Assembly: GCA_003162695.1 (NCBI GenBank)
Contig: PMML01000046.1
Coordinates: 32,512 to 96,511, forward strand
Source of the DNA: Ignavibacteriota bacterium
GTDB lineage: Bacteria > Bacteroidota > Ignavibacteria > UBA10030
Direction of reading: 5' to 3'
DNA: 64,000 bases
This document shows, piece after piece, positions 1 to 9,049 of this stretch (position 1 is the first letter of the stretch; every line of letters begins with the position of its first letter). The position numbers and the translations under genes were made by a program. The notes beneath the pieces are model-generated. The model had not been told where the DNA came from, ran no database searches, and saw nothing but the letters and a program-made list of their open reading frames with translations.

Positions 1-65
1 CAAGTATTTACAGCTTCCACAGACACCGATACCGGTGCGGAACATACTCAGGAATAGGATATCGT

Positions 66-1346
66 ATGAGAACGAGTTGTTTTAAAACTTTTGTATGTGT
101 CGTTTTTCTGAGCGGTTCAGGAATTGCTCAAACGCTGATCGATCGCATTGCTGCCGTTGTCGATAAAGAAATTATCACGGAATCGGAGTTGAATGAACGG
201 GTTCAATTCGTGGCCTTTCAAAATCGAATAGATATAAAAACGAAGGGAATTCATAAGCAGGTACTTGACGGTATGATAACCGAAAAACTTTTACTTGCAC
301 AGGCAAAGTTGGACAGCGTAGAAGTCAAAGAAGAAGAAATTACGGCTGCGCTGGATCAGCAGATTCTCAACTTTGTTCGTCAGGTAGGTTCGGAACAGCG
401 TGTTGAGCAAATGTATGGTAAATCGATTGCCCGTATCAAACGGGAATACCGAGAGGACATTAAAAATCAACTTCTTGTTCAGCATGTACGGCAGCAGCAC
501 GAAGAAAAACTTTCGGTTACCCGGCGCGAAGTTGAAGATTTCTTTGCAACGTATAAAGACAGCCTTCCCGCTGTCCCTGAAGAATTTACGATCAGTCATA
601 TTTATTGTATCCCGAAACCGGATTCCGCTCTTGAAGCAAAGACTCGTTCTATCATGCAATCGATTGAAGACAGCATTCGTGCAGGAGGAGATTTTGCAGA
701 CTTTGCCAAGCGATACTCTGCCGATGGCACGGCCGAACACGGCGGAGACTTAGGCTGGGCGAAACGGGGCGATTATGTGCACGATTTTGAAATTGCTGCT
801 TTCGGATTGAAGGAAGGGGAACTGTCGGCCATTGTCAAGACACCTTTTGGATTTCATCTCATTCAGTTGATAAACAGACGCGGAGAATCGATTCATGTCC
901 GGCATATTTTGATGCGCATTGCCAAAGGAGCAGCCAGCGATTCTGCAGCAAAAGATACCTTACGCAGTCTTAAAAAAAGAGTTCTGGCGGGAGAATTGTT
1001 TGCCGAGCTTGCAAGAATCTATTCGGAAGATCCGGATACCAAGGCAGTGGGCGGGGATCTTGGAACATTAACTCCGGATCAGGTGACGAAAGAATTCTTG
1101 ATTCAACTGAAGGAAATCAAAACCGGAGAGATAAGCGAACCCTTACAGACCAGTATAGGCGTATCATACGGCTATCATATTGTCTGGATGAGAAAACGCG
1201 TGGAATCACATACGATGAACTTAAAAGACGATTACCGCAGGGTGGAACAACTTGCTTTGTATATGAAAAAGAACAAAGCGAACGAAGCATGGATTGCCGA
1301 GTTAAAGAAGAATATTTATATCGATATTCGATATCAAGAAGAATAA
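66..1346 (+). CDS. Periplasmic peptidyl-prolyl cis-trans isomerase, SurA/PpiC (parvulin) family
   Basis: 426-aa ORF. The N-terminal signal-like segment is MRTSCFKTFVCVVFLSGSGIAQ. The protein has a SurA-like N-terminal chaperone region and two parvulin-type PPIase motifs (..FGFHLIQL.. and ..GYHIVWM..). The ATG is at 66. Confidence 0.8.
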   Translation: MRTSCFKTFVCVVFLSGSGIAQTLIDRIAAVVDKEIITESELNERVQFVAFQNRIDIKTKGIHKQVLDGMITEKLLLAQAKLDSVEVKEEEITAALDQQILNFVRQVGSEQRVEQMYGKSIARIKREYREDIKNQLLVQHVRQQHEEKLSVTRREVEDFFATYKDSLPAVPEEFTISHIYCIPKPDSALEAKTRSIMQSIEDSIRAGGDFADFAKRYSADGTAEHGGDLGWAKRGDYVHDFEIAAFGLKEGELSAIVKTPFGFHLIQLINRRGESIHVRHILMRIAKGAASDSAAKDTLRSLKKRVLAGELFAELARIYSEDPDTKAVGGDLGTLTPDQVTKEFLIQLKEIKTGEISEPLQTSIGVSYGYHIVWMRKRVESHTMNLKDDYRRVEQLALYMKKNKANEAWIAELKKNIYIDIRYQEE

Positions 1347-1364
1347 AAAAATGGGTGGCCGACT

Positions 1365-2366
1365 GTGACTGAATCGCATATGACAAAAGACGATGTCGCT
1401 TCCGTACAAGCTCTTGCAAAGGCATATCGAATTCTCAAAACTGAATTGGCCAAGGCAATTGTCGGCCAGGACGCTGTCATCGAACAACTGTTTCTCTCTC
1501 TCCTTTCCCGCGGTCATTGCGTGCTGATCGGTGTTCCCGGATTGGCAAAAACTCTTCTTATTAAATCGCTGGCGGAATCGCTTGATCTCAAGTTTAATCG
1601 CATTCAGTTTACTCCCGATCTGATGCCGAGCGATATTACAGGAACGGAGATTATCGAAGAAAACGCTGCAACAAGAGCAAAATCATTTAAATTCATCCGC
1701 GGTCCACTTTTTGCCAATATCGTTTTAGCTGATGAAATCAACCGGACACCGCCGAAAACACAATCAGCGCTTCTTGAGGCGATGCAGGAACATCGTATCA
1801 CCGTCGCCGGAATAACATCTGTACTGGAAGAACCGTTCTTTGTTCTTGCAACGCAGAACCCGATAGAACAGGAAGGAACATATCCGCTGCCGGAAGCGCA
1901 GCTCGATCGATTTATGTTCAATCTTTGGATAGACTATCCCTCGTTCGATGAAGAAGTGCAAATCGTCAAGTCCACGACAAGCTCCTACACGGCAGCCATC
2001 AACAAAGTATTGACCGCCCGCGATCTTATTGCATATCAGGACCTTGTACGAAGGGTTCCGGTTGCCGATAATATTGTCGAATATGCCGTTCGTCTGACTA
2101 CGCGGACGCGCCCGGAGTCTCCGTCAAGTCCGGACTATTGCAAAAAATGGCTGCGATGGGGAGCCGGACCGCGTGCTTCCCAATATCTTGTTCTGGGTGC
2201 AAAAGCGCATGCCGTTATGCATGGTGCGTTTTCTCCGGAGATTGCCGATGTGCGTGCTATAGCCGGTTCCGTCCTTCGCCATCGTCTCTTGACAAGTTTT
2301 CATGCGGAAGCGGAGGGAATTTCCTCCATACAAATCGTGGAGCGCCTGCTCAACGAGAGCGAATGA
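1365..2366 (+). CDS. MoxR-family AAA+ ATPase
   Basis: A Walker A-like GVPGLAKT, the DEINRTPPKTQSALLEAMQE sensor/Walker B region and the overall about 330-aa architecture are typical of MoxR/RavA-like ATPases. The ORF begins with GTG at 1365. An in-frame ATG at 1380 is an alternative start. Confidence 0.85.
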   Translation: MTESHMTKDDVASVQALAKAYRILKTELAKAIVGQDAVIEQLFLSLLSRGHCVLIGVPGLAKTLLIKSLAESLDLKFNRIQFTPDLMPSDITGTEIIEENAATRAKSFKFIRGPLFANIVLADEINRTPPKTQSALLEAMQEHRITVAGITSVLEEPFFVLATQNPIEQEGTYPLPEAQLDRFMFNLWIDYPSFDEEVQIVKSTTSSYTAAINKVLTARDLIAYQDLVRRVPVADNIVEYAVRLTTRTRPESPSSPDYCKKWLRWGAGPRASQYLVLGAKAHAVMHGAFSPEIADVRAIAGSVLRHRLLTSFHAEAEGISSIQIVERLLNESE

Positions 2367-2385
2367 AATCAGCTCTGCGCCGGTT

Positions 2386-2411
2386 GCGGAATTGCCGCCT
2401 TTCTTTTTTCC
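2386..2411 (+). terminator. Possible rho-independent terminator after the MoxR gene
   Basis: A short GC stem (GCGG aattg CCGC) is followed immediately by a T-rich tract, ctttcttttttcc, about 20 nt past the stop codon. The stem is weak (4 bp). Confidence 0.3.
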
Positions 2412-2585
2412 TTTGACCATTTTCCGCCTTCGTTGAATGGTATCGGAAGAATTTCGTATCTTGTGCCTTGACCGAAATGAAGAAGCTCAAACAACGCGAT
2501 CAAAAAATAAAATTAATCGTTCATGCACAGCTGCTGGTCCATACTCTCGATGGATCCTTTATCCTGAAAATCGCAGGGTGCGGCT

Positions 2586-4757
2586 ATGCCTGAAGTTCAT
2601 CTTTCTTCTTCGTTTCATATGCTTTTTCTTCTGGCTGCACTTTGTACGGCGTGTGGAAGCTCTTTTTGGATGTACCGTAGAACGGTTCCTCCGGTTCCCC
2701 GAAAAATCCGGAATCTTTTTCTTGTCTTGCGAGCAGCCGCCTTCTTTCTGATCTTGCTTTTGCTGGCGGATCCGATGCTTTCCTTTGTCACAAAAAATAC
2801 AAGGTCTCCGCAGATCGTCGTTCTTGTCGATCGCTCTCAAAGCATGATCATTGCCGACCGGCAAGGGAAGAGAAAAGAAACACTCAGGACACTTCTGCAC
2901 TTGCCGCTCTGGAGCGAAATAAAGAAATTCTCCGATCTCCGGTATATAACGTTCGCCGAGAAAGCGCGCGATGTTCCCGATTTCAACGTCGACTCTTTAT
3001 CCTTTGACGGTGAAGCAACCGATATCTCAGGGGCTCTCCGATTTGTCAAACTCCATTCTGCAGAGAACAATTTTCAGGCGGTTGTCCTTCTTTCCGACGG
3101 CATCGCGACAACGGGGGAGTCCCCGCTTTATGATGCGGACGAACTTGCTGTACCGATCTTTACAGTCGGTATCGGCGATACTGCCGAACAAAAAGATTTG
3201 TTTATTAAAAATGCACGGACAAACGAAATCGTCTATGCCGGTACGCGGGTACCGGTGGACGTTACGGTTCACAGCTCCGGATTTAAAAATGAAAGGGCGG
3301 AAATCCTTCTCAAAGATGAGAAGGGGATAGTAATAGATCGGCGTATGCAGCCGCTCGGCGCCGGATCGCAGGAATATTCGGTGCCGCTTTCATTTATTCC
3401 GGAACAGGAAGGCATGCATAAATACTCCGTTGAAGTTCCGATGCTCCCGGGGGAATTGACAGGGCAAAATAACAAGTTCACTTTTTTTATAAGAGCACTG
3501 AAAAGCAAATTGAATATCGTTTTGATCGCCGGCAGCCCGTCTGCGGATGCCGCATGTGTTCGCAGGGCGCTTGAGCAAGACCGTACTCTTTCCGTTGCAG
3601 CATATATAGGGCGCCCGGATGGAACATACGATGGAGGGGAATGTTCTGCCCCTGTCCTGTCCGCCGCAGATTGCATCGTTCTTGCCGGATTTCCAACCGA
3701 TCGGACAAAAGCGTCCACCATGCAGGCACTGACTCATGCCTTATGCGATTTGGAAAAGCCTCTTTTTTTTATCGATGCCCGCATCATGGATTATGGACGG
3801 CTCCATGTCTTCGATGCTGTTCTGCCGTTTTCCTACAGCGATATTCATCCTGGAGAATTTCAGGTTTTTGCCTCGGTGTCTGATGTGCAGCAGAATGACG
3901 CTGTTATGAAGCTGCATTCGGTTGAACGAACGGCGCCGCTCTGGAATGCGCTGCCCCCGATTTATCATCCTCAGGTGTCTTTTGCTGCCAAGCTGGGATC
4001 AAGTGTCCTTGCCGCCATGCGCCTTGCATCTTCTGTTGTTCGCGATCCATTGATTGTGTCGCAACATCGGGGGATGCAAAAATCGGAAGCAGTGCTGGGA
4101 TACGGAATCTGGAGGTGGAGACTGCTTGCCGAGCAGGATGAAGATGCCGCCGGCTTGTTCGATCGATTCATTCAAAATTCAATCGCGTGGCTTACAACAC
4201 GGGATGACAGCCGGCAGGTGCGTGTGCAGCCCGTCAAACGTTTGTTGACGACACATGATGAGACCGATTTTGAAGCTCAGGTATACGATAAAGCAAACAG
4301 AACTGTCGACGATGCTTCCGTTTCTATTACTGCATACAGCGGAAAAGACCGTTACCTCAGCACTCTTACATCTTCCGGAAGCGGCCTTTATCAGGGAACA
4401 TTCGGTCATATGCCGGCGGGAGATTATCGATACACGGCCGTTGTTTCCGCGCATGGGGAACAATTGGGATCCGATGCCGGTGTTTTTACTGTTGGTTCCT
4501 TGCCTGAAGAATTCTATGAAACAAAAATGAATCGTTCACTGCTGCAGCAAATTGCATTCCGCACCGAGGGAAAATATTATGATGCCCGGCAGACAGCATC
4601 CCTGGCTGAAGACCTGAAAAATTTATCTGCGCTCAAGCCGCACGAACAGCAAACAGCCGTCGAAATTGTACTGCGGGATTCGCGTCCGATGCTTATCCTG
4701 CTTGTACTTGTTTTTGCCTTCGAATGGTTTCTTCGAAAACGATTCGGTATGCTGTAA
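2586..4757 (+). CDS. BatA-like membrane protein with von Willebrand factor A domain (N-terminal TM helices, vWA, C-terminal TM)
   Basis: Two N-terminal hydrophobic helices are followed by IVVLVDRSQSM (the start of a vWA MIDAS motif) plus ..LLSDG... A C-terminal TM (MLILLVLVFAFEWF) is present. The gene sits immediately downstream of MoxR, as in aerotolerance (Bat)-type operons. The C-terminal half may be a GATase1/ThuA-like domain (inference). Confidence 0.7.
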   Translation: MPEVHLSSSFHMLFLLAALCTACGSSFWMYRRTVPPVPRKIRNLFLVLRAAAFFLILLLLADPMLSFVTKNTRSPQIVVLVDRSQSMIIADRQGKRKETLRTLLHLPLWSEIKKFSDLRYITFAEKARDVPDFNVDSLSFDGEATDISGALRFVKLHSAENNFQAVVLLSDGIATTGESPLYDADELAVPIFTVGIGDTAEQKDLFIKNARTNEIVYAGTRVPVDVTVHSSGFKNERAEILLKDEKGIVIDRRMQPLGAGSQEYSVPLSFIPEQEGMHKYSVEVPMLPGELTGQNNKFTFFIRALKSKLNIVLIAGSPSADAACVRRALEQDRTLSVAAYIGRPDGTYDGGECSAPVLSAADCIVLAGFPTDRTKASTMQALTHALCDLEKPLFFIDARIMDYGRLHVFDAVLPFSYSDIHPGEFQVFASVSDVQQNDAVMKLHSVERTAPLWNALPPIYHPQVSFAAKLGSSVLAAMRLASSVVRDPLIVSQHRGMQKSEAVLGYGIWRWRLLAEQDEDAAGLFDRFIQNSIAWLTTRDDSRQVRVQPVKRLLTTHDETDFEAQVYDKANRTVDDASVSITAYSGKDRYLSTLTSSGSGLYQGTFGHMPAGDYRYTAVVSAHGEQLGSDAGVFTVGSLPEEFYETKMNRSLLQQIAFRTEGKYYDARQTASLAEDLKNLSALKPHEQQTAVEIVLRDSRPMLILLVLVFAFEWFLRKRFGML

Positions 4758-4821
4758 TGAAGGAAGAAAGATATAAATACAGCCCGGTCGGGTACGGATA
4801 TTCTTGTGTGAGTATTGACCC

Positions 4822-7800
4822 ATGAGCACAGATGTCATGCAGCGAAATATGAATATAATGCAAAACGCTCTTCAGATTCGCATTCAGGAAGTCCAGAACA
4901 AACGCTATCAAGCGGCTGCTCTTGGGAATTTCATTGCCATATCGGCCTTTACTGCTGCTTTTCTTTTTTCCGGTGCGGCAATGGAAGCATTATTCGATTT
5001 CAACTGCACCGTGCGTACTCTTTTTGCGGTTCTTTTTCTAACATGCCTGCCGGGCGCTTTCTTCTGGTTTGTTCTTCAGCCGCTGCTGCGCTGCACCGGA
5101 ATTATGAAACGGGAAAGCGAAGAGTCGACCGCAAAATTTATCGGAGAACGGTTTCCGCAGATACGCGACAGGATGTTGAATGTATATCAGCTTTCTTCCC
5201 GGACACGGGAATTTTCTAAATTCTTTTCACCCGAATTAGTTGCAGCAGCCGTACGGACGTTTCTTGAGGAAATTCAAACTATAAACTTCCGGGAATCGGT
5301 GGACAGGACCGCTCTGTTCAGTGCACGGCGATGGTTTCTCTGTATGGTCGGAGGCTGTCTCTTCTTCTTTGCACTGTTTCCGCATTCTCTTTCCGGCGGA
5401 TTGTACCGGGTCGTACATTTCCGAACAGAATTTTTGCCTCAAGCCAAATACATCTTTTTTATAAATCCCGGCAGCAAGGAAATAATCAAAGGGGATACTG
5501 TTCCCGTGACGATTCGCGTTGTGCCGGTTATGCCTTCACTTGTTCAAATCCCGAAAGAATTGAAACTCATCAGCCGTCTGGAAAACCAGGAAAAGGCCGA
5601 GGAAAGGACGATTCAAAAAGGGCCTGCAGGAATTTTCCAAACGGCCTTTGAAGGTGTTCGCGCAACGACCGAATACTATGTTTGCAGCGGCGATATTGAA
5701 AGTAAGCATGATACATTGACAGTAGTCGATCGTCCGCTTGTTCGTTCTTTTCATCTGCGGCTCAATTACCCTGCCTATACAAAGCTGCCGGAACGTTCGC
5801 AGGAAGAATTTGCGGGAGATATCAGCGCACCGGCCGGCACTTGCATTACGCTCACCGGTGCTGCAAGCAAAGTGCTCGGACAGGGATTCGTGGAATTCAG
5901 CGACAGCAGTAAATCCGCCCTTGTGATCCATCGCGACAATTTTTCCGTTTCGTTCGTTGTTCATAAAGATACGCACTATTGGCTTGCACTTGCCGATGAA
6001 GAACATTTGAGGAACAGCAATCCGGTCCAGTACCGGATTCAGATCATTCCCGACGAATATCCGTCCGTCGTCATTCTTGAACCGGGGAAAAATATAGATA
6101 TTGCCGGAGATCAAACGCTTGCCCTTCGTATGCAGATTAAGGACGATTATGGATTTTCTTCCCTGCGGATCGGATATCGCCTGGCCAAATCGCGCTACGA
6201 ACAGGCTCAGGAGAACTATTCGTATGCAGGTTTTCCTGATGCGGTATCCGGAACGATTGCAGAAATTCCTTTTGCATGGAATCTCTCTGCTCTTCATCTT
6301 GCCCCGGAAGACGTCGTCGAGTACTTTGCTGAGGTGTTCGATAACGATGCTGTCGGCGGTCCCAAGAGCGGGCGGAGCGCGCTCTTTACACTGCGGCTGC
6401 CTTCGCTGGATGAAATTTTCACCGATGCCGGTAAGGAACAGGAGCAGTCAGCGGACGAGCTGCAGCAAACTCTTGAAGAAGCAAAAAAGCTTAAAAACGA
6501 TATGGAGTCTCTGAACCGTGATCTGAAGAACAACAAAGATCCGGATTGGCAAACGCAAAAAATAATGGGAGAGATGGCAAAAAAATACGAAGAAGTTCAA
6601 AAAAAAATTGATGATGCAAAATCGAGTTTGGAACATATGACGGAGACGATGGAACAGCAGAACGTTCTATCGCCGGCAACGCTGGAAAAGTACATGGAAT
6701 TGCAGCAATTGTTCAAAACTATGGACTCGGATGAACTCCGGAAAATGCTCCAGGCAAAAAGCGAATCAATGAAGAATATAGACAAACAGCAATTTCAGCA
6801 GGCGGTGCAGCAAATGAGCTTTCGCGAGGAGCAGTTCCGTCAAACGATCGAACGGACGATAGAACTTCTCAAACGCATTCAAATCGAACAGAAAATGGAT
6901 GAAATCAATGCACGTGTGCAGGCGTTGGAACATCGGCAGCAGGAATTAGAAGAACAAACGAAATCGGCGCAGAACGATGAACGGCTTCAAAAGGAGCTTG
7001 CGCAGCAGCAGAAAGACCTGGCAAAGCAGGAACAAGCGATGGAGTATCAAGCTGCCGATCTTCAAAATCGAATGGAGGAATTTATTGACGAAATGCCGGC
7101 AAAAGAAATGCAGCAGCTGCTTGATGCGATGAAACAGGAAAACATCAGCGGGACGATGGAACAATCCGCTTCGGACATACAGCATGGAAATCAAACAACG
7201 GCACTCTCGCAGCAGCAGCACGCTCAGATGCAGCTGCAGAGGGTTCATTCGCAATTGAGTTCCCTGCGGCAGCGTATGCAGCAACAGCAGGCACGCACCG
7301 TTCTGAATGTTTTGCGACGAACGACGAACGATCTTCTGGAACTTTCAAAAGAAGAGGAAGACTTGAAAAATCAAGCTCAGTCCGCACCTTCAGGTTCTCA
7401 GCAGCTTCGGGATAACGCCCAACAGCAGCAGCACGTCTCGCAGGACCTTCAAAATGTCATCGCATATCTTCTGGCTCTTTCGAAAAAGTCTTTTGCTGTG
7501 ACTCCCGATATGGGCAGGGCGATCGGAGATGCCTCTGCACACATGGCGAATGCTCTTCGGGATCTGGAACTCCGAAACGGGGGAACGGCATCACAGGAAC
7601 AAGACCGTGCAAAAGCTTCGCTCAATAAAGCGGCAGTGCAGACACAAAATGCACTTCAAGAAATGATGCAGGGCGGGCAGGGGGGGGCTGGAAGCTTGAT
7701 GCAGCAGCTTCAGCAAATGGCGCAGCAGCAGATGTCGATTAATATGGAAACACAGCAGGTAAGCGGAGAGATGCGGGCGCAGGAAGCTGCACGGCTTGCA

Positions 7801-8229
7801 CAGGAACAGGCAGCCGTTCAAAAATCTCTGGAACAGCTCAACGCAGAAGCAAAACAAAGCGGCGATAGCAGGCGGATTCTGGGCGATCTGGGAAAAATTT
7901 CGGATGAAATGAAAGAAGTTGTGAACGCTCTGGAACAAAACAACGTCGACCGGGAGACGATACGAAAGCAGGATCAAATACTCTCGCGGATGCTTGATGC
8001 ATCGAAGTCGATGCATGAGCGTGATTACGAACAAAAACGAAAATCGGAAAGCGGGACTCCGATAACAGGAAAACGGCCTGCCGAACTTGATCCGGAGCTT
8101 TTAAACGAAAAACAACGGTTTCGTGAAGATTTGCTAAATGCACTGCAGCAGGGCTATTCCCGGGATTATCAGGAATTAATTAAAAAATATTTTGAACTCT
8201 TGGAAAAATCAGAAAAGCCGTTAAATTAA
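4822..8229 (+). CDS. Large (1135 aa) membrane-anchored protein with an extended Q-rich coiled-coil C-terminal half; function unknown (MoxR/vWA-associated)
   Basis: Long uninterrupted ORF. Three N-terminal hydrophobic segments precede a beta-rich middle region. About 550 aa of heptad-like, Gln/Glu/Lys-rich sequence follows (QQLQQMAQQQM, QQQHAQMQLQ ...). It is co-directional with and 65 nt downstream of the vWA gene. Confidence 0.75.
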   Translation: MSTDVMQRNMNIMQNALQIRIQEVQNKRYQAAALGNFIAISAFTAAFLFSGAAMEALFDFNCTVRTLFAVLFLTCLPGAFFWFVLQPLLRCTGIMKRESEESTAKFIGERFPQIRDRMLNVYQLSSRTREFSKFFSPELVAAAVRTFLEEIQTINFRESVDRTALFSARRWFLCMVGGCLFFFALFPHSLSGGLYRVVHFRTEFLPQAKYIFFINPGSKEIIKGDTVPVTIRVVPVMPSLVQIPKELKLISRLENQEKAEERTIQKGPAGIFQTAFEGVRATTEYYVCSGDIESKHDTLTVVDRPLVRSFHLRLNYPAYTKLPERSQEEFAGDISAPAGTCITLTGAASKVLGQGFVEFSDSSKSALVIHRDNFSVSFVVHKDTHYWLALADEEHLRNSNPVQYRIQIIPDEYPSVVILEPGKNIDIAGDQTLALRMQIKDDYGFSSLRIGYRLAKSRYEQAQENYSYAGFPDAVSGTIAEIPFAWNLSALHLAPEDVVEYFAEVFDNDAVGGPKSGRSALFTLRLPSLDEIFTDAGKEQEQSADELQQTLEEAKKLKNDMESLNRDLKNNKDPDWQTQKIMGEMAKKYEEVQKKIDDAKSSLEHMTETMEQQNVLSPATLEKYMELQQLFKTMDSDELRKMLQAKSESMKNIDKQQFQQAVQQMSFREEQFRQTIERTIELLKRIQIEQKMDEINARVQALEHRQQELEEQTKSAQNDERLQKELAQQQKDLAKQEQAMEYQAADLQNRMEEFIDEMPAKEMQQLLDAMKQENISGTMEQSASDIQHGNQTTALSQQQHAQMQLQRVHSQLSSLRQRMQQQQARTVLNVLRRTTNDLLELSKEEEDLKNQAQSAPSGSQQLRDNAQQQQHVSQDLQNVIAYLLALSKKSFAVTPDMGRAIGDASAHMANALRDLELRNGGTASQEQDRAKASLNKAAVQTQNALQEMMQGGQGGAGSLMQQLQQMAQQQMSINMETQQVSGEMRAQEAARLAQEQAAVQKSLEQLNAEAKQSGDSRRILGDLGKISDEMKEVVNALEQNNVDRETIRKQDQILSRMLDASKSMHERDYEQKRKSESGTPITGKRPAELDPELLNEKQRFREDLLNALQQGYSRDYQELIKKYFELLEKSEKPLN

Positions 8230-8330
8230 CGTTCAGGAATTAAGAGCTGTTAATCCTTTTAGTCAGGCTTAGAAACCCGCCACCTACGGCGGTGGTGTTC
8301 GCAAAACATTTTTCGTGTATGGAGGCTGCT

Positions 8331-8912
8331 ATGAAAAAATTTATTGAAGAGTTGTGGCGATTAACCCTTATTGCGTTTTTAGGAACGGCAGGAAGCATGG
8401 TAGCCGGGTTAATGGTTTACGGCGGCGATATTTTCAATCCTTCAGGTATGCCGTTCGTTTATTACCTTGCATACGGATTTTCCAGCGCGTGTATTTTTGC
8501 TTTCTATCATGTTCGTGGCCTGTCCAATACGATTTCTGCGGCAATGGTGTTCGGTGCGGTGCTGTTTTTCAGTATTGCGTTTATCCTGCCTTTGATATTT
8601 GCAGCGATTTATTCGTTCGGCGTTACGGTAGTGGTTGTCGTTCTTGCGTTTCTTTTCGAGCGCAAGCTCTCAACGTTTAAACATTGGAAATTTACCGTCG
8701 TAGGTATTATTTTCGGTGAGTTGTTCGTACTCCTGAATTTAATTTCTCTGGTGGTTTCCCATGCGTCCGGAATGTCGGCCATTGGTTTCCAGCGAAATTT
8801 TTTAGATGGTTTGTGCATGGGAGTGGGACTCGGCATCGGCATTGAAATAGCAGAATCGATCGTGAATTCGGTAGACCTGCATCGGGAAACGAAAAAAGCG
8901 ATGCTGCAATAA
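8331..8912 (+). CDS. Hypothetical polytopic membrane protein (about 5-6 TM)
   Basis: GGAGG lies 5 nt upstream of the ATG at 8331. The longer ORF begins at 8292. The sequence is hydrophobic with multiple predicted TM helices. No family was recognised. Confidence 0.6.
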   Translation: MKKFIEELWRLTLIAFLGTAGSMVAGLMVYGGDIFNPSGMPFVYYLAYGFSSACIFAFYHVRGLSNTISAAMVFGAVLFFSIAFILPLIFAAIYSFGVTVVVVVLAFLFERKLSTFKHWKFTVVGIIFGELFVLLNLISLVVSHASGMSAIGFQRNFLDGLCMGVGLGIGIEIAESIVNSVDLHRETKKAMLQ

Positions 8913-9049
8913 AATCTATGGCTTTTTCTGTTTATTGCGCTGTCCGGTATTTGATAACTCAATCGGACCCGTTTGATTGAGAGAACGATCCTTCACCGGC
9001 GGGTTTCTTTGCCGCATAATTCCCTGACTTAATTCTCTTATCTGCATGC

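Noticed and set aside
291-753. Overlapping ORFs (minus 149 aa, plus 117 aa) inside the SurA-like gene
   Set aside because: The SurA-like frame has clear PPIase motifs. The others are out-of-frame or antisense artefacts.
4815-5219. 134-aa ORF overlapping the start of the 1135-aa gene in another frame
   Set aside because: It is wholly nested in the better-supported long ORF.
5536-6297. 253-aa minus-strand ORF inside the 1135-aa gene, and other antisense ORFs in 6.3-8.1 kb
   Set aside because: The long plus-strand ORF is uninterrupted and has coherent domain organisation. The antisense ORFs have low-complexity composition derived from the Q-rich coding strand.
8235-8330. Hairpin-like CCACC-tacggc-GGTGG after the 1135-aa gene, as a possible terminator
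   Set aside because: The stem is only about 5-7 bp with wobble and the downstream T-tract is interrupted. The evidence is too weak to call.
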